This document shows positions 61,913 to 64,000 of a DNA stretch of 64,000 nucleotides, piece by piece. The notes beneath the pieces are model-generated. The model was not told the DNA's origin. It searched no databases and worked only from the letters and a program-made list of their open reading frames with translations. The position numbers and the translations under genes are program-made. Within the stretch, counting starts at the first letter, position 1, and every line of letters begins with the position of its first letter. This stretch comes from an uncultured Chloroflexia bacterium (GTDB taxonomy: Bacteria > Chloroflexota > Chloroflexia > Thermomicrobiales > UBA6265), in assembly GCA_963849635.1 (NCBI GenBank), contig CAWKIA010000036.1:81923-145922 (forward strand), written 5' to 3'.

Positions 61913-62360
61913 ATGAGCGACTTTGCCAAAACCCTGAATGATCTCGCCAAGCTGTGCGGGAAAAGCGAGTATCAACTCGCCCAGTACTCGGGTCTCGACC
62001 CCACTGTTTGTTCGCCGGTTGTTCGACGGGGAGAAGCACGCTTCGAACCTGACGATCATCCGCCTGACGATCGCGCTGGTGGCGTGCCCGGATCTGATCC
62101 GGAAGTATCCGGCGCAGGTGCCGTTCATCCTGAACGCCCTGATCAGTGACGCGATTGCCCAGTTTCCCGAGTCTCGGGGACGGACCCGCTGGGCGACTGG
62201 GCCCAGGCCGAATCGTCGTACGCCTCGTACGCCGAGCGGCGGTCACCAACTTGACGACGCTGCTGACGGCGATAGGGCCGAGCACGCTCGTCGTCGCGTG
62301 CATGTTTGGCCAGTTCACGGTCCTCTACATTTCCGTCGCGGCTGGTGCCAACCTTCTTAA
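61913..62360 (+). pseudogene. XRE-like HTH protein split by a +1 frameshift near 62006
   Basis: GGAGGA RBS; F..TL..L....GKS.YQLAQ.SGLDPT continues as FVRRLF.GEK..S..TIIRL..AL in the next frame. Confidence 0.6.
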
Positions 62361-62484
62361 TAGGTCGGGCCGATTGCGAGACACGGGGTCGAGCATCGTC
62401 GCCACCGTCGCCGTCCGATGTGAGCCGTGTGTGCGACGGGCCGACAACGAGGTGTCCGGTCTCCAGTCCGCGAGCTGTGCCACA

Positions 62485-63876
62485 TCAGATAAAGTACACG
62501 AGCTTGTCCCAGAACCAGTTCTGGAGCCTCTCCCATCGCCCCTCCGGCAACTTCGCCGGCTCGGAACGCGAGAGGGCGTCATCCACCAGGATTTGGCGCG
62601 CATCGTCGGCGACACCGGCGTCATCGAAGAGGATGGCGATCTCGTTGTTGCGGTAGAGCGCCCAGGCGTCGAGATTGATCGTGCCGATGATCACCCGGTT
62701 GTCGCCGACAAATACCTTCGCGTGGATGATCGTCTCGTGCTCATACACCTTCACGCCCGCGTCGAACAGATCGCCGTAGTTGTGCTCCGCGGCATCTCGC
62801 GCCTGCGTCACGTTCGAGCCGCCCGGCACATCCACGGTGACATCCACGCCGCGCTCTCCGGCGGCGATGATGCGGTCGATCATGTCGGGGTCGGTCAGGT
62901 ACGGATTGAGAATGTCGAGCCGATTCTGCGACTGCTCGATCACCTCGGAGATCGCCTGGGTGCCCGGCTGGAACCCGCCCGGCACGTTCTGCAGCAGCGT
63001 CGCCGGGATCGTGCCCGGAACGTCCGGCGCGGGGAAATAGCGGTCGAGCCCGGACGCGGGCGGTGGACCGCCGAGGACGTGGAAACTCGTCAGGAACACC
63101 AACTGCATCTGCCGGACGACGTCTCCGGTCACCCGCACGTAGTCATCGTGGTAGTTGCCACCGTTGAAATGATCCTCGAAGCCGGCGCCGCCGATCCAGC
63201 CGATCTTCCCGTCGATGACCAGCATCTTGCGGTGGTCGCTGTTACCGACCTCGTCCTGATGCCAGTTGAAGCTGCGATCCTGGAGCAGGCCGTCCCGGTC
63301 GATCGGAAAGACATCGTTGACGACGATTTGGACTCCGGCCGCGGTCAACTCGTCGTAGATGCCCGCGGACGCATCAAACACCTTTCCGCCGTAGCGATCG
63401 ACGCTGATGCGCACCTCGACACCGGCCGCGACCTGCTGTTTCAGGATCGACACGAGGCGATCCGAAATCTCGCCGGGCGTGATCGAAAACACCAGGATAT
63501 GGATCGACGACGTAGCCGCGGCCATGTCATCAAATATCGGTGGGAAGAACTGCGTGCCGTCCGAAAAGAAGTTGACCGAGTCGGCCGTGGAAGGCGCTAG
63601 CGCGATGGCGAGGTCGGGGATCGTGACGTCGTCTCGTCGCAGGAACTCGTCGGTCTCCGCCTGCGCCTGGCCGGAAGTCACGGCGTCCGGAGGCGGGGGC
63701 CAGCTGTCGTGCTTGACGATGCGGAGCACAAAAAACCAGACGGCGAGAAGGAGGACCAGCAGCGCGCTCAAGACCACCGACCCGGCACGCTTCAGCCGCC
63801 TCCGCCAACGACGCGCCCGTGTGGGTTGGGTACCAAGCAGATTTCCACTGGGTTGCGAGGACTCGATCGCTGCCAT
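62485..63876 (-). CDS. Phospholipase D family, cardiolipin-synthase-like
   Basis: Two HKD motifs (DHRKMLVIDG, IHAKVFVGD); N-terminal TM; PYL.D and G..NLD......N.E motifs. Confidence 0.9.
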   Translation of the reverse strand: MAAIESSQPSGNLLGTQPTRARRWRRRLKRAGSVVLSALLVLLLAVWFFVLRIVKHDSWPPPPDAVTSGQAQAETDEFLRRDDVTIPDLAIALAPSTADSVNFFSDGTQFFPPIFDDMAAATSSIHILVFSITPGEISDRLVSILKQQVAAGVEVRISVDRYGGKVFDASAGIYDELTAAGVQIVVNDVFPIDRDGLLQDRSFNWHQDEVGNSDHRKMLVIDGKIGWIGGAGFEDHFNGGNYHDDYVRVTGDVVRQMQLVFLTSFHVLGGPPPASGLDRYFPAPDVPGTIPATLLQNVPGGFQPGTQAISEVIEQSQNRLDILNPYLTDPDMIDRIIAAGERGVDVTVDVPGGSNVTQARDAAEHNYGDLFDAGVKVYEHETIIHAKVFVGDNRVIIGTINLDAWALYRNNEIAILFDDAGVADDARQILVDDALSRSEPAKLPEGRWERLQNWFWDKLVYFI

Positions 63877-64000
63877 TCGTGCTCCGATGCTGGGTGACAG
63901 GTCGTAGAGCCTCACGGGCGGTTTGTGCAGCGATGGCGCGCAATCGCCGTTCACCGCCTTGACGGCGGTCGTACCGGCGGTTCGTCCCTCCGCCGCGGGC

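Noticed and set aside
1-64000. CRISPR array, tRNA or rRNA genes
   Set aside because: No regularly spaced direct repeats with unique spacers, no cas genes, and no cloverleaf or rRNA-like tracts seen by eye. The recurrent motif is dispersed and promoter-positioned.

Overview
GC-rich bacterial chromosomal segment. Exported proteins with DATPEATP-type linkers, Tat signals and an LPxTG tail suggest Chloroflexota (Thermomicrobiales-like); this is inference. No rRNA, tRNA or CRISPR array was seen. The window is dense in stress, ion and energy-homeostasis genes: a complete arginine deiminase operon with two transporters, ppk2, a P-type ATPase, a K+ channel, MscS, ZIP, MFS, APC, AI-2E, ThrE and MarC transporters, a cardiolipin-synthase-like PLD, GH15 and glycogen-debranching enzymes, and a tandem KAS III. 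It also holds many small uncharacterised membrane proteins (five DUF1269-like, two DUF6325-like, SHOCT, three 'PAKKGS' paralogues, DUF4239-like). The main discovery is a ~48-bp promoter element, consensus RAATACGCCCTT-N4-SGATGM-(NNNTACRACC-N10)-TANNNT. It occurs 13 times, always upstream of and pointing at a gene or operon start. This points to one large regulon, probably controlled by the MalT-like STAND-ATPase/LuxR regulator (44164-46861, frameshifted just before its HTH in this sequence) or by the neighbouring NarL-type regulator. Also present are two copies of a 124-bp MITE-like element, an internally deleted IS5 remnant, several gene fragments and at least six single-base frameshifts. All annotations come from reading motifs by eye; no database search was run.
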